A stretch of 64,000 bases of DNA from an uncultured Chloroflexia bacterium (GTDB taxonomy: Bacteria; Chloroflexota; Limnocylindria; Limnocylindrales; CSP1-4). Position 1 is the stretch's first letter, and each line of letters opens with the position of its first letter. Location of the stretch: positions 392,277-456,276 of the forward strand of contig CAWEHL010000004.1 in the NCBI GenBank assembly GCA_963808895.1, read 5' to 3'. The notes under the pieces are model-generated. The model saw only the letters and a program-made list of their open reading frames with translations, was not told where the DNA came from and did not search any database. Positions 17,596 through 27,560 of this stretch are shown in pieces. The position numbers and the translations under genes are program-made.

Positions 17596-18948
17596 GTGAC
17601 GACGAGGGATCAGGTCCGGCGCGCGGCTGGGGCGGAGCGTGATACGCGCGCGCCGGCCAGCGACGTCGCACCCGGACTCCCCGAACGCCTCCTCGCTGCT
17701 CGTGAACGCAAGGGCGTCGATCTGTATCGCGCGGAGCGGGACACGAAGATCCGCGCTCGCTACCTCGCGGCGTTGGAGCGCGGCGACTATCGCGAGCTCC
17801 CCGGCGCCGTCTATACCAAGGGCTTCCTGCGCAACTACGCGCTCTACCTCGGGCTCGACCCCGACGAGGTCCTGTTGCAGTGGCGTCGTGAGCGTGGTGC
17901 GCCCCAGGAACCGCAGGCGGTCATCGCCGTCCCGCGCCCGATCGCCGCGCCCCGCCGCGGGCTGACCTTCTCACCGAGTCTCATCGTCTTCGCCCTCCTC
18001 GTCGCGCTCGTGATCGGCTTCATGGTGTGGCTCGGGTTCCAACTGCTGCGCTTCTCGAAGCCCCCGACGATCTCGGTCACGAACCCGGCCGTCGCCGTGC
18101 TCAACGTCGACGAGGACGCGACGTCCTACCTCCTCGAAGGCATGACGATCCCGGGCGGCTCGGTGACCGTGAAGACCGCCGATGTCGAGGCGCGCGCCAA
18201 CGCCGACTCGGCGGGGCAGTGGGAGCTCAAGGTCGACTTGCGCCGTGGCGAGAACCAATTCCGCATCACGGCCACGGATCCCGCGACCGGGAAACAGGCG
18301 GAAGCCCCGGTCGAGCGTGTGATCACCGTGCCGTTCCGCGTCATCGAGGCGCCGACGCTGACCGTCGACCAACCCGCCGACAGCGCCACATACGAGAACG
18401 GGGCGATCCCGATCCAGGGGCGTACGACGAACGCCGGCACGGTCGTGGTCACCGCCGCGTACAACGGCCCCGCCTCGACCGGGGGCAAGGGCCCGACCCC
18501 GCCGCCACCTGCCAAACCCGCACCGGTCAGCGTCAAGGTCGACGACGACGGCTCGTTCAACGCGCCACTCGAACTCACGACCGGGAAATGGTCGATCACG
18601 GTGACCGCCTCAAGCCCCGAGGGCAAGACGACGTCACTGACGCGCGCCGTGACGGTCGCGTTCAAGGGCGTGAACCTCGTGGTGTCCATCGATGGCGGCC
18701 GCGCCTGGCTCAAGGTCTGGGTCGATGGCAAGCTCGACCCGAAGACAGGTGCCGCAGGGAAGGTGCTCGGCGACGGCAAGACACTCACCTTCACCGGGAA
18801 GGATTCGATCGAGGTCCGGACCGGCTCGTCCGGCGTGACGAAGTTCACCCTCAACGGCGTGTCCTTGGGCGCGCTCGGGAAGAGCGGTACCCCCGAGACG
18901 TGGCTGTTCGCGCCGCCCGACGAACCGGTCATGACCCAGCGCCGGTAG
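17596..18948 (+). CDS. RodZ-like HTH membrane protein with a DUF4115-type C-terminal domain
   Basis: LPERLLAARERKGVDLYRAERDTKIRARYLAALERGDYRELPGAVYTKGFLRNYALYLGLD, one TM segment (LIVFALLVALVIGFMVWLGF), a beta-rich extracellular region, and a terminal WLKVWVDGKL block. Confidence 0.75.
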   Translation: MTTRDQVRRAAGAERDTRAPASDVAPGLPERLLAARERKGVDLYRAERDTKIRARYLAALERGDYRELPGAVYTKGFLRNYALYLGLDPDEVLLQWRRERGAPQEPQAVIAVPRPIAAPRRGLTFSPSLIVFALLVALVIGFMVWLGFQLLRFSKPPTISVTNPAVAVLNVDEDATSYLLEGMTIPGGSVTVKTADVEARANADSAGQWELKVDLRRGENQFRITATDPATGKQAEAPVERVITVPFRVIEAPTLTVDQPADSATYENGAIPIQGRTTNAGTVVVTAAYNGPASTGGKGPTPPPPAKPAPVSVKVDDDGSFNAPLELTTGKWSITVTASSPEGKTTSLTRAVTVAFKGVNLVVSIDGGRAWLKVWVDGKLDPKTGAAGKVLGDGKTLTFTGKDSIEVRTGSSGVTKFTLNGVSLGALGKSGTPETWLFAPPDEPVMTQRR

Positions 18949-18959
18949 CGACACCGATC

Positions 18960-19466
18960 GTGGAGCCGCCGAGCGACGAGGAGCTTCTCGCGTTGTCGCG
19001 CCGGGTCGGCGATGCATGCCGATCGCGAGGGACGCGGGTCGGCACCGCCGAGTCGTGCACGGGTGGGCTCATCGCGCACCTCATCACGGAGGTCCCGGGT
19101 TCCAGCGAGTACTTCCTCGGTGCCCTGGTGACGTACGCCAACGAGGTGAAGACGGGCCTTGCGGATGTCCCGGCAGGCGTCCTCGAGGCGCATGGTGCGG
19201 TCTCCGCACAGGTCGCGAAGGCGATGGCCGAGGGGGCGCGCGGCCGGCTCGGGGTCGACGTCGCGGTCGCCGTCACCGGGGTGGCAGGGCCCGATGGCGG
19301 CTCGGCCTCGAAGCCGGTCGGTCTGACCTACGTGGCCGTCGCCGATGGCGGCGGCGACGACGTGCGCCGATTCGTATGGGATAGCGACCGGGCGGGTAAC
19401 AAGCGCTTGAGCGCCGCCGCTGCCCTGGAGTTGCTGCTCGAGCGTCTCGTCCTCCCGGCCGCGTGA
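18960..19466 (+). CDS. CinA C-terminal domain protein (nicotinamide-nucleotide amidohydrolase PncC family)
   Basis: VGTAESCTGGLIAHLITEVPGSSEYFLGALVTYANEVK..AVTGVAGPDGGSASKPVGLTYVAV. GTG 18960 is the first start after the rodZ-like stop, inside ORF-track entry 18027..19466. Confidence 0.85.
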   Translation: MEPPSDEELLALSRRVGDACRSRGTRVGTAESCTGGLIAHLITEVPGSSEYFLGALVTYANEVKTGLADVPAGVLEAHGAVSAQVAKAMAEGARGRLGVDVAVAVTGVAGPDGGSASKPVGLTYVAVADGGGDDVRRFVWDSDRAGNKRLSAAAALELLLERLVLPAA

Positions 19467-20977
19467 CACGCGACGCCGCCGCCATCGGGGCGGGTCTGGC
19501 CCCGGCTCGTGAGGCCCGGGCCATCGCCGCCGGCGAACGCATCCATGTCGTCGGCGCTGGTGGAGCGGGCGCGAGTGCGGCGGCGCTCCTCGCGGCTGCG
19601 TCCGGGGCCGTCGTGTCCGGGTGCGATGCGGGCGGGCCATCGCCGTACACGGTCGCGCTGGATGCGGTCGGTATCGAGGTCGTCACCGGCCACGACGCGG
19701 CGCACGTCACGGACGAGCCCAGACCCGATCGGCTCGCCGTGACGAAGGCGCTGACCGCGGTCGACGCCGACCATCCGGAGCTCCGCGCCGCGCGTGACCT
19801 CGGTATCCCGGCGGAGCCGTGGCAGCAGGTCATCGCCGACGCCGCCGTGGGCCGGCGGCTGGTCGCCGTCGCGGGGACGCACGGGAAGAGCACGACGGCG
19901 GGATGGCTGGTCCACGTCCTGGCGGAAGCCGGCCGGGATCCCTCGGCGTTCGTCGGAGCGTTGCTGCCGGCAGCGCTGACGGGCGGCACGTCGGCCACGG
20001 CCAGGACGGGGCGCGGAGACGTCTTCGTCGTGGAGGCCGACGAGTACGCGGGGAACTTCGACGCGTACCGACCCGGGCTCGCGGTCCTGACCAGCATCGA
20101 ATGGGATCACCCCGACGTCTTCGCGGACGACACCGCCGTCCGCGAGGCGTTCGTTGCCTGGCTCGCTCGCATGCCAAGCGGTGGGATGCTCGTCGCGAAC
20201 GTTTCGGATCCAGGGGTCGCGGCGATCCTCTCGCGACCGGAGCTCGCTCACCTGACCGTGGTCCGGACGGCTGTGCACGACGCGGCCAAGCCTGCGGACG
20301 CGGCCCTCCGCGCGACCGTCGTCGAGGCGGGCACGACCGGCACGACGCTCGCGATCGATGGCCTCGCCGATGACGCCGGCACGGTCGAGATCCGGCTGCC
20401 GACGGCCGGACGGCACAACGCCGCCAATGCGCTGGGTGTGGCCGGCGCAGCCAAGGTCCTTGGCCTTCCGGCGGGCGACATCGTGCACGGGCTCGAGACG
20501 TTTCCCGGTGTCGGTCGCCGGCTCGAGCGCAAGGGCGAATCCGCCGGTGTCGTCGTCTACGACGACTACGGCCACCATCCGACGGCCATACGCGCCACGA
20601 TCGAGGCGGTCCGGCAGCGGGAGCCGGGGCGTCGCATCTGGGCGGTCTATGAGCCGCTGACGTACCATCGGACGGCCGCTCTCATCGACGAGTTCGCGGC
20701 GTCGCTAGCGACCGCCGACGCGGTCGTCATCGCCGATATCTGGGCCGGCCGGGATCCGGACACGACGATCGCTTCGGCCGCGGGTCTCGCGGATACGGTA
20801 GCGACCGCTCGCTCGGACATCCCGGTCGCGGCGCCTGGCTCGGTGGAAGCGACAAGCCGGTGGCTGGCAGCCAATGTCCGAGCCGGCGACGCCGTCCTGG
20901 TGATGGGTGGCGGCCGTAGCTATCTGATCGCGACGGACCTGCTCGAACGGCTGGATACGGAGACCGGATCACGATGA
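19463..20977 (+). CDS. murC: UDP-N-acetylmuramate--L-alanine ligase (Mur ligase family)
   Basis: RIHVVGAGGAGASAAALLAA, VAVAGTHGKSTTAGWL and VVEADEYAGNF are the MurC pattern. Mpl cannot be fully excluded without a search. Confidence 0.8.
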   Translation: MTRDAAAIGAGLAPAREARAIAAGERIHVVGAGGAGASAAALLAAASGAVVSGCDAGGPSPYTVALDAVGIEVVTGHDAAHVTDEPRPDRLAVTKALTAVDADHPELRAARDLGIPAEPWQQVIADAAVGRRLVAVAGTHGKSTTAGWLVHVLAEAGRDPSAFVGALLPAALTGGTSATARTGRGDVFVVEADEYAGNFDAYRPGLAVLTSIEWDHPDVFADDTAVREAFVAWLARMPSGGMLVANVSDPGVAAILSRPELAHLTVVRTAVHDAAKPADAALRATVVEAGTTGTTLAIDGLADDAGTVEIRLPTAGRHNAANALGVAGAAKVLGLPAGDIVHGLETFPGVGRRLERKGESAGVVVYDDYGHHPTAIRATIEAVRQREPGRRIWAVYEPLTYHRTAALIDEFAASLATADAVVIADIWAGRDPDTTIASAAGLADTVATARSDIPVAAPGSVEATSRWLAANVRAGDAVLVMGGGRSYLIATDLLERLDTETGSR

Positions 20978-21363
20978 CGCTCGACCACGCGGCCGCTTCC
21001 GACCTGCTCGAGCGGTACGGGCACGCCTGGGAGGCCTTCGATGGCGATGCCTGGACGGCGCTGTTCACCGACGACGTCGAATATCTCGAGGATCCGTTCG
21101 CAGATCCGATGGTCGGGCACAATGCCCTACGCGCATACCTGCTCGAGGCGGCCGATCGCCAGCAGGACGTCGAATTCACCGTCGAACGCCACTGGGTCGT
21201 GGCGCCGACCGTCCTGGCCGCCTGGCATGCCAGCTACGTCCGGCGTTCGGATCGCGCCCGGGTCCGGCTCGCCGGATTCATGACGATGGAGGTCGCGGAG
21301 GACGGGCGTATCGCCCGGTTTCGCGAGTGGTGGCACCGACAGGAGTCGACCGTCACCAGCTGA
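20974..21363 (+). CDS. SnoaL-like / NTF2-fold protein
   Basis: 129 aa. LLERYGHAWEAFDGDAWTALFTDDVEYLEDPF fits the SnoaL/NTF2 pattern. ATGA overlap with murC. Confidence 0.6.
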   Translation: MTLDHAAASDLLERYGHAWEAFDGDAWTALFTDDVEYLEDPFADPMVGHNALRAYLLEAADRQQDVEFTVERHWVVAPTVLAAWHASYVRRSDRARVRLAGFMTMEVAEDGRIARFREWWHRQESTVTS

Positions 21364-21378
21364 CATAGGAGGAGATGC

Positions 21379-21870
21379 ATGGCGAGCGATGTCTCGTTCG
21401 ACGTCGTGAGCGACTTCGATGAGCAGGAGCTTCGGAACGCCCTCGATCAGGTCCGGCGCGAGGTGTCGCAGCGCTACGACTTCAAGGGCGTGACCGTCGA
21501 TCTGACGCAGAACAAGACCGAACTCGTGCTCGTCACCGACGACGAATACCGCGCGAGCGCCGTCAAGGATCTGATCGAGTCGAAGGCGATCCGGCGCGAT
21601 CTGTCGCTCAAGATCTTCGACTGGGGCAAGGTCGAGCCGGCCGGTGGCAACAAGGTCCGCCAGGAGATCAAGCTCCGGCGCGGGTTGACGGATGACGTCG
21701 CCAAGCGGATCACGAAGCTGATCCGCGACGAGTTCCCGAAGGTCAAGTCGCAGATCCAAGGCGACGCCGTGCGAGTATCCGGCAAGAGCAAGGACGAGCT
21801 ACAGAAGGTCATCACGCGCCTGCGCGAGCTCGACGAGCCCGTCCCGCTGCAGTTCCAGAACTACCGCTGA
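21379..21870 (+). CDS. yajQ: YajQ family (UPF0234) nucleotide-binding protein
   Basis: SFDVVSDFDEQELRNALDQVRREVSQRYDFKG....IKLRRGLTDDVAKRITKLIRDEFPKVKSQIQGDAVRVSGKSKDELQ. AGGAGA precedes the ATG. Confidence 0.9.
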   Translation: MASDVSFDVVSDFDEQELRNALDQVRREVSQRYDFKGVTVDLTQNKTELVLVTDDEYRASAVKDLIESKAIRRDLSLKIFDWGKVEPAGGNKVRQEIKLRRGLTDDVAKRITKLIRDEFPKVKSQIQGDAVRVSGKSKDELQKVITRLRELDEPVPLQFQNYR

Positions 21871-21881
21871 GGGCCGACGAC

Positions 21882-21983
21882 GTGCCAGGTGCGAGGTTCG
21901 CCAGGATCGTGATGTTGATCGTCGCGTTCGTCATCATCGTCGGGCTGGTGCTCTCGACCGTGGCGTACCCGCTCGCATTCTGA
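21882..21983 (+). CDS. Possible 33-aa hydrophobic micro-protein
   Basis: GTG 21882 to TGA 21981-21983 encodes VPGARFARIVMLIVAFVIIVGLVLSTVAYPLAF, a single TM helix. The stop overlaps the ATG of the next gene (TGATG). It is not in the ORF track because it is under 60 aa. Confidence 0.35.
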   Translation: MPGARFARIVMLIVAFVIIVGLVLSTVAYPLAF

Positions 21984-23950
21984 TGGTCGACGAGACGGCG
22001 GGGTCCGTGGACGACGTGATGCGCGAGGGTGTCGCCGTCAGCGGCGGCGCGCCGGCCACGGAGGGAGCGGCCGCCCCGGAGGAAGCGGCTGGCCCTGTCG
22101 GTGACGCAGTGCCCGCCGACGAGGCCGTCCCCGAGCGGGCGCCAGAGGTCACCCACGAGGCCGCGATCGACGGAGATGCCGACGAACTCGCGTCCGACGC
22201 CGCCGCGGCGGAGGCCGACGGGTCGATCGACGAGGACGGATCCGCCGGCACGAACGAAGACCCGACGACCGCGTCAGAGGCGACCGGGCCACGGACGGTG
22301 GGTCGGCTCGTCGCGGATGCACTCCGCACCGCAGGCGTGCGCTACGCGTTCACGGTGCCCGGCGAATCGTTCCTGGGCCTGCTCGACGGTCTCCGCGAGG
22401 CCGGCATCCGCATCGTCGCGACCCGCCACGAGGGTGGTGCCGCCTTCATGGCCGAAGCCCACGGCAACCTGACCGGGCGACCCGCGGCCTGCCTCGGGAC
22501 GCGTGCCGTCGGCGCAGCGAATCTCGCCATCGGCATCCACACCGCGCGCCAGGACTCATCGCCGATGTTCGCGCTCGTCGGTCAGGTCGAGCGTCCGCAT
22601 CGCGGTCACGAGGCGTTCCAGGAGATCGATCAGGTCGCGACGATCGGCGGGCTCGCCAAGTGGGCGGCCGAACCGACCCAACCGGGCGACGTCGCCGGCA
22701 TCATGGACGAGGCCGTCCGACAAGCCACGACCGGACGGCCGGGTCCCGTCGTGCTGTCGTTCCCGGAGGACCTGCTCGACGAGATCGTCCCGGATGACGC
22801 TCCCGTCGCGGCGGAACGCTCGCCATCGGGGCGACCCTCTGACGCCGACATCCGCACGGTGATCGAGCTGCTTGCATCGGCCGACCGGCCGGTCATCGTC
22901 GCCGGCGGCGGCGTCCTTCGGGCGCGAACATCGACCGACCTGTTGCGCTTCGCGGAGCTGCTCCAGGTCCCGGTCGTGGCGGGCTGGCGCCGGGCGGACG
23001 TCATCTCGAACGACCACCCGCTGTACCTCGGTATGGCCGGGCTTGGGGCAGCGCCGTCCGTCCGCGACCGGCTGCTCGCTGCAGACGCCATGCTGGTCAT
23101 CGGATGCCGGCTCAACGAGCCCACCTCCTGGGAGGACACGATCCCCGGCGCCTCGACGGCATGGGCGTGGGTCGACATCGATCCGCATCGCCCGTTCGGC
23201 CCTCGTCCTCCGGATCTGACGGTCACCGCCGACGCGCGCACGTTCCTGCGTGCCGCGAATGAACGCCTCGTCGGCCGGGCTGTCCTCGATGCCGAGAAGG
23301 TTCGGAAGCGGCAGGAGAACAACGAGACCGACCGGGCCGCATGGGAGACCGCCTCGATCGTCGATGCCGACGCCGACTCGTGGACGGGTCCGGGCGTCCA
23401 TCCCGGCCGGGTCATCACGACGCTGCGGGCCGTGCTCCCCGACGACGCCATCCTCACGACCGACGCCGGCAACTTCGCCGGCTGGGCCGGCCGTGGCTTC
23501 CGGTTCCGCCGACCCGGTACGTTCATCGGTCCCACCTCCGGCGCGATGGGTTACGCCGTCCCCGCGGCGATCGCCGCGGCCCTCGTGCATCGCGACCGAC
23601 CAGTCGTCGCTCTCGCCGGCGACGGCGGGATGGCGATGACGATGGCGGAGCTCGAGACCGCGAACCGGGAGGGCGCCAGGATCATCGTCCTCGTCTTCGA
23701 CAATGAGCGGTACGGGACCATCCGGATGTGGCAGGACCGGCGCGGGAGCGGTGAGGGCGTCGGGACGGAGCTCGGTCCCATCGATTTCGCCGCCGTCGCC
23801 CGTGGCCTTGGCGCGCGTGGCGTTCGGGTGGAGCATGATGCCGACCTCGAGCCCGCCCTTCGACAGGCGCTTGCCGAGGACCGTTCGACGGTGATCCACC
23901 TCGCGCTCGATCGCGCGTGGGTCTCGGTGGACCGACCGGCGACGGCCTGA
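21983..23950 (+). CDS. Thiamine pyrophosphate-dependent enzyme (acetolactate synthase large-subunit-like) with an acidic ~100-aa N-terminal extension
   Basis: VGRLVADALRTAGVRYAFTVPGESFLGLLD..ATRHEGGAAFMAEAH (N-terminal TPP domain) and GDGGMAMTMAELETA (TPP-binding motif). The first ~100 aa are Ala/Glu/Asp-rich low complexity. Confidence 0.85.
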   Translation: MVDETAGSVDDVMREGVAVSGGAPATEGAAAPEEAAGPVGDAVPADEAVPERAPEVTHEAAIDGDADELASDAAAAEADGSIDEDGSAGTNEDPTTASEATGPRTVGRLVADALRTAGVRYAFTVPGESFLGLLDGLREAGIRIVATRHEGGAAFMAEAHGNLTGRPAACLGTRAVGAANLAIGIHTARQDSSPMFALVGQVERPHRGHEAFQEIDQVATIGGLAKWAAEPTQPGDVAGIMDEAVRQATTGRPGPVVLSFPEDLLDEIVPDDAPVAAERSPSGRPSDADIRTVIELLASADRPVIVAGGGVLRARTSTDLLRFAELLQVPVVAGWRRADVISNDHPLYLGMAGLGAAPSVRDRLLAADAMLVIGCRLNEPTSWEDTIPGASTAWAWVDIDPHRPFGPRPPDLTVTADARTFLRAANERLVGRAVLDAEKVRKRQENNETDRAAWETASIVDADADSWTGPGVHPGRVITTLRAVLPDDAILTTDAGNFAGWAGRGFRFRRPGTFIGPTSGAMGYAVPAAIAAALVHRDRPVVALAGDGGMAMTMAELETANREGARIIVLVFDNERYGTIRMWQDRRGSGEGVGTELGPIDFAAVARGLGARGVRVEHDADLEPALRQALAEDRSTVIHLALDRAWVSVDRPATA

Positions 23951-23957
23951 CCGCGTC

Positions 23958-24837
23958 TCACGGCGGCAGGGTCGGGAGCGCCGCCTCGGCGTCCCGTATC
24001 GCCGCTCCGACGCTCGCCAATCCATCGCGGTGGTGCGCCACGAAGCCCGCTTCGAACGGCGCCGCCACCTGCTCGCGAATCCTCGCGAACGCCGCCTCGC
24101 ATCCCGCGAGGATCGCTGCGACTCGCCGCTCGTCGGTCTGCAGCGCAAACAGCCCCGCCATCGACGCTGGCGTCGTTCCGAGCCCTTGGACCTGTGCGTC
24201 GAAGCGCGCGATCAGCCGTTGCGCGAACGCAGGCCGCTCCGGGACGACGCCGCCCGCGATCGATGCGACGCACGCGCGCCATGCGTCGAGGGCGTGGACC
24301 GCGCCGGGATCCGCGGCGATCCGGGCATCGAGATCGGCGAGCGCGGGTCGCAGCCGTGACAGCAGACGGTCGCGCAGGCCGAAGACGGCGTCGTTCGCTG
24401 AAGGCAGACACCCTGGATCGACTCGCGCCCGTCCCGTACAGGGTGTTGCGAAATCGCTTTTGGTCGGCAAGCGGCAGGCTCGCAAGGCCGATGCGGTTCG
24501 GGTCCCGCGCTTGAGCCTCCGGGAGCCGTCCCACGAAGGTCGACACTCCGAATCCCCAGCGCTCCGCCCACTCGATCGGCTCGAGATCGGCGTCGGGGAC
24601 TGTCGGCGGTGGCTCGACCCACGGTTCCCACGCGAACCCGTGCGCCTGCATGCATCGCGCCACGAGCACCGCGACGGCCTCGGAACGGCGCGCATCGATG
24701 TCGCGTCCATCGTCGCCCACGGCGAGTGCGGCAGTGACGGTCATCGGCGCCGGAGTCGATCCGGTGGGGAGCGCGCTGCTCGCGAGCCACAGACCGCCGA
24801 TGATGCCGAGGATCAGGGCAGCGTAGGCCGCCCTCAC
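23958..24837 (-). CDS. Hypothetical exported protein; one +1 frame break near 24430
   Basis: GTG 24837 overlaps the upstream stop (GTGA). The N-terminal signal/anchor is VRAAYAALILGIIGGLWLASSALP. The first part sits in the frame of ORF 23551..25251 and the rest in ORF 23958..24710. 880 nt = 293 codons + 1. Confidence 0.5.
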
Positions 24838-25436
24838 GGCAGCCAGGCGACCGGCGTCGTGTAGGTACCGCCCCGCCAACCGCCGCCCTGGTAGACCGAT
24901 CCGTACCCGAGGGCGCGATACGACCCGCTGCCGCAGTCCGCGGCGGTCCCCATGTCGACGCCGGCGACCCAGCCGAAGGCCACGCTCGTGTTGTAGACAT
25001 AGCCGGTATCGCGGCAGGTGGTCCAGCCGCTTGCGCCATATCGCTGCAGGATCACTCGGCTTCGTAGCTCGCCGATCGGCTGGGCGACGCGGTATCCGCT
25101 CGTGCACGGCCAGCGATACGAGCGGACGACGGCATCGGCGCCGCCGCCCGACAGCGCGCTCAGGCCGACCGCCAGATGCAGACACCCGTCGACCGTCGAG
25201 CGGTACGGCATGCCGGACGTCCCGCGCTGGCCGTCCGACAACAGCACCCATCGCGGCCCGCCGAACACCTCGTCATAGATGCACAGGTACTTGACCCCGC
25301 TCCCAGGGTCCTCCCAGACCGTGCCCGGTACGCACGCCTCGCTCGGTACCGGTCCAGCGGCGGCCACGACCGCCGTAGGCGCACCCAGGAGGGCGAGGGC
25401 AACGGCGCCCACCAGGAGCACGCGCACACTGATCAT
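24834..25436 (-). CDS. Secreted Cys-containing hypothetical protein
   Basis: Signal peptide MISVRVLLVGAVALALLGAPTAVVAAAG, 200 aa, six Cys, Gly/Tyr/Trp-rich C-terminus. I recognised no family. Confidence 0.55.
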   Translation of the reverse strand: MISVRVLLVGAVALALLGAPTAVVAAAGPVPSEACVPGTVWEDPGSGVKYLCIYDEVFGGPRWVLLSDGQRGTSGMPYRSTVDGCLHLAVGLSALSGGGADAVVRSYRWPCTSGYRVAQPIGELRSRVILQRYGASGWTTCRDTGYVYNTSVAFGWVAGVDMGTAADCGSGSYRALGYGSVYQGGGWRGGTYTTPVAWLP

Positions 25437-25540
25437 CGACGATCCTCCGTCTCCCGGCGCGCGAGGCGGGATCGCCGTCGGAGGGGGAGGAGACTAGGTG
25501 TCGACCCTTAGCGCGGGCTCACCTTCCGATGCACGGCGAC

Positions 25541-26401
25541 TCAGCGGCCGCGTGCGGCGACGATCGAGAACGACAACGGGATACGTCCCCGCTCCTCTGG
25601 TCGCACGTCGCGGTGGCCTCCCCACCAGTCGACCGGGTGCTCGGTGACCTCCTGGACGGCCAGGCCGGCTCGAAGCAGCGCCGTCACGACCTCACCGAGC
25701 GTCCAGGCTCGAGCGAACTTCCAGTGCTGGTCCTGATCGGGGATCGATAGGCGGTCGATGTACTCGGGCGCCCAGCCCTTCGATGCCTCCGGTCCGGCGA
25801 AGTAGTCGTAATCGGTCGCGATCCACCGACCGTCCCGGTCGACATCGAACAGCCACTCAGCCGGGTGCCCGTCGAACAGGACGAGGCGCCCGTCGGCGGA
25901 CAGCAACCGCCGGATGACGCGCGCCCACGCGTCGAGGTCCTGGAGCCAGATCAGCGCGCCACGCCCGGTGTACACGAGGTCGCCCGTCCCATCGAGCTCG
26001 GCCGGGGCGTCGAGCACGTCCGCTTCGATCCACCGAGCACGGGCGCCGACGGCCTCGGACAACCGCCGAGCGAGCTCGAGCATGCGCGGGCTGAAGTCGA
26101 TCCCGACGACCTCCTCGGCGCCGAGGTTCCAAAGTGAGAGCGTGTCGCGGCCCCCCGCGCACTGAAGATGGATGGCACGCCGACAGCGGCCGTGCAGGTC
26201 GCCGATCAGCGCCGCCTCGACAGGGAAGAGGTTCGAGCCACCGTCCCGGATCAGCGCTACGGCCTCGTCGAACCAGCGTTCGTATCGCTCGGCCGCCTCG
26301 TCCCACGCCGCCCGGTTCGACCGATGCATGCCACGCACGTCGGCCCGTTCGGCGGGCGTCGCTGACCGGACGTGGCCATCCGCGTCGTCATCGTGGTCCA
26401 T
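25541..26401 (-). CDS. Class I SAM-dependent methyltransferase
   Basis: AIHLQCAGGRDTLSLWNLGAEEVVGIDFSPRMLELARRL (motif I and post-I); 286 aa. Confidence 0.75.
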   Translation of the reverse strand: MDHDDDADGHVRSATPAERADVRGMHRSNRAAWDEAAERYERWFDEAVALIRDGGSNLFPVEAALIGDLHGRCRRAIHLQCAGGRDTLSLWNLGAEEVVGIDFSPRMLELARRLSEAVGARARWIEADVLDAPAELDGTGDLVYTGRGALIWLQDLDAWARVIRRLLSADGRLVLFDGHPAEWLFDVDRDGRWIATDYDYFAGPEASKGWAPEYIDRLSIPDQDQHWKFARAWTLGEVVTALLRAGLAVQEVTEHPVDWWGGHRDVRPEERGRIPLSFSIVAARGR

Positions 26402-26428
26402 GGCGCGAGTCTAGGCGTGCACAGATAG

Positions 26429-26457
26429 TTGACGGCGCAACAATCTTGCCGTAGTGT
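26429..26457 (+). promoter_or_regulatory. Sigma-70-like promoter upstream of the pirin gene
   Basis: TTGACG (26429-26434), a 17-nt spacer, then TAGTGT (26452-26457). AAGGAG is at 26471-26476 and the ATG at 26487. Confidence 0.45.
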
Positions 26458-26486
26458 TTCAGAAGCAACCAAGGAGTTCGAGTCAC

Positions 26487-27497
26487 ATGCCCGCCATCGT
26501 CCCCGATGACATCGCCATCCTCCCGCGGATCCCGGCGCCGGATCCAGCGATCGCTCGAGAGCGCGCCGTCAGGTCCGTGACGACGGCTCCACATGGGTTC
26601 GAAGGGGAGGGGTTCCCGGTCCGCCGCGCCTTCGCGGGCGTCGCGCTCGAAGACCTCGACCCGTTCATCCACCTCGACCAGATGGGTGAGGTCGAATACG
26701 CGCCCGGTGAGGCCAAGGGCACACCCTGGCACCCGCACCGCGGGTTCGAGACCGTCACCTACATGATCGACGGCGTGTTCGAGCACAGCGACTCGAACGG
26801 CGGCGGGGGCGTCATCACCAACGGCGACACGCAGTGGATGACCGCTGGGTCAGGGATCCTGCATATCGAGAAGCCCCCGGAGCACCTCGTTCGGAGCGGT
26901 GGTCTGTTCCACGGCTTCCAGCTGTGGGTCAACCTCCCGGCCGCACAGAAGTGGTCACAGCCCCGCTACCAGGACATCCGGGCGAGCGAGGTCTCGCTCC
27001 TGTCCTCGCCTGACGGTGGGTCGATCGTCCGCGTCATCGCCGGCGACGTCGCGGGTCATGCGGGTCCTGGCTCGACCTACAGTCCGATGACGCTCGTGCA
27101 CGCGACACTGAGCCCCGGTGCGCGCCTGGCGATCCCATGGCGACCGGACTACAACGCGCTGGTCTACGTGATGAACGGCGATGGCACGATCGGCGCGGAC
27201 GCCGGCAACGCCGCGCCGGTGAGCACGGGCCGACTGGCCGTCCTGGGTCCGGGTGACGCGATCGCCCTGTCCGCCGCGAGCCACCAGGAGAGCCGCAGCC
27301 CGACGATGGATGTCCTGATCCTCGGCGGTCGGCCGATCCATGAGCCCGTCGCATGGCTCGGCCCGTTCGTGATGAACACGCGCGAAGAGGTCCTCCAGGC
27401 CGTGTCGGACTACCAGGCCGGCCGACTGGGCAGCATCCCGGCGGTCCACAGCGCGCCGACCCACCTCGTCGAGACGAGGGCCCCGCACGACCGCTGA
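26487..27497 (+). CDS. Pirin family protein
   Basis: GFEGEGFPVRRAF..PWHPHRGFETVTYMIDGVFEHSDSNGGGGVI..GDTQWMTAGSGILHIE. ATG 26487 follows AAGGAG; the ORF-track start is 26454. Confidence 0.9.
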   Translation: MPAIVPDDIAILPRIPAPDPAIARERAVRSVTTAPHGFEGEGFPVRRAFAGVALEDLDPFIHLDQMGEVEYAPGEAKGTPWHPHRGFETVTYMIDGVFEHSDSNGGGGVITNGDTQWMTAGSGILHIEKPPEHLVRSGGLFHGFQLWVNLPAAQKWSQPRYQDIRASEVSLLSSPDGGSIVRVIAGDVAGHAGPGSTYSPMTLVHATLSPGARLAIPWRPDYNALVYVMNGDGTIGADAGNAAPVSTGRLAVLGPGDAIALSAASHQESRSPTMDVLILGGRPIHEPVAWLGPFVMNTREEVLQAVSDYQAGRLGSIPAVHSAPTHLVETRAPHDR

Positions 27498-27560
27498 GAC
27501 GCCCATACCCTGGCTGGTCGTCGCGCTTCGATGGGTGCCGCCCTCGGCTAGAGTGGGCCG

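Noticed and set aside
23551-25251. A 566-aa minus-strand ORF spanning the end of the TPP gene region and the two exported-protein genes.
   Set aside because: Only its middle section (from GTG 24837 to about 24430) looks coding. The 5' part overlaps the real upstream gene 24834..25436 in another frame, and the 3' part is antisense to the TPP enzyme gene.
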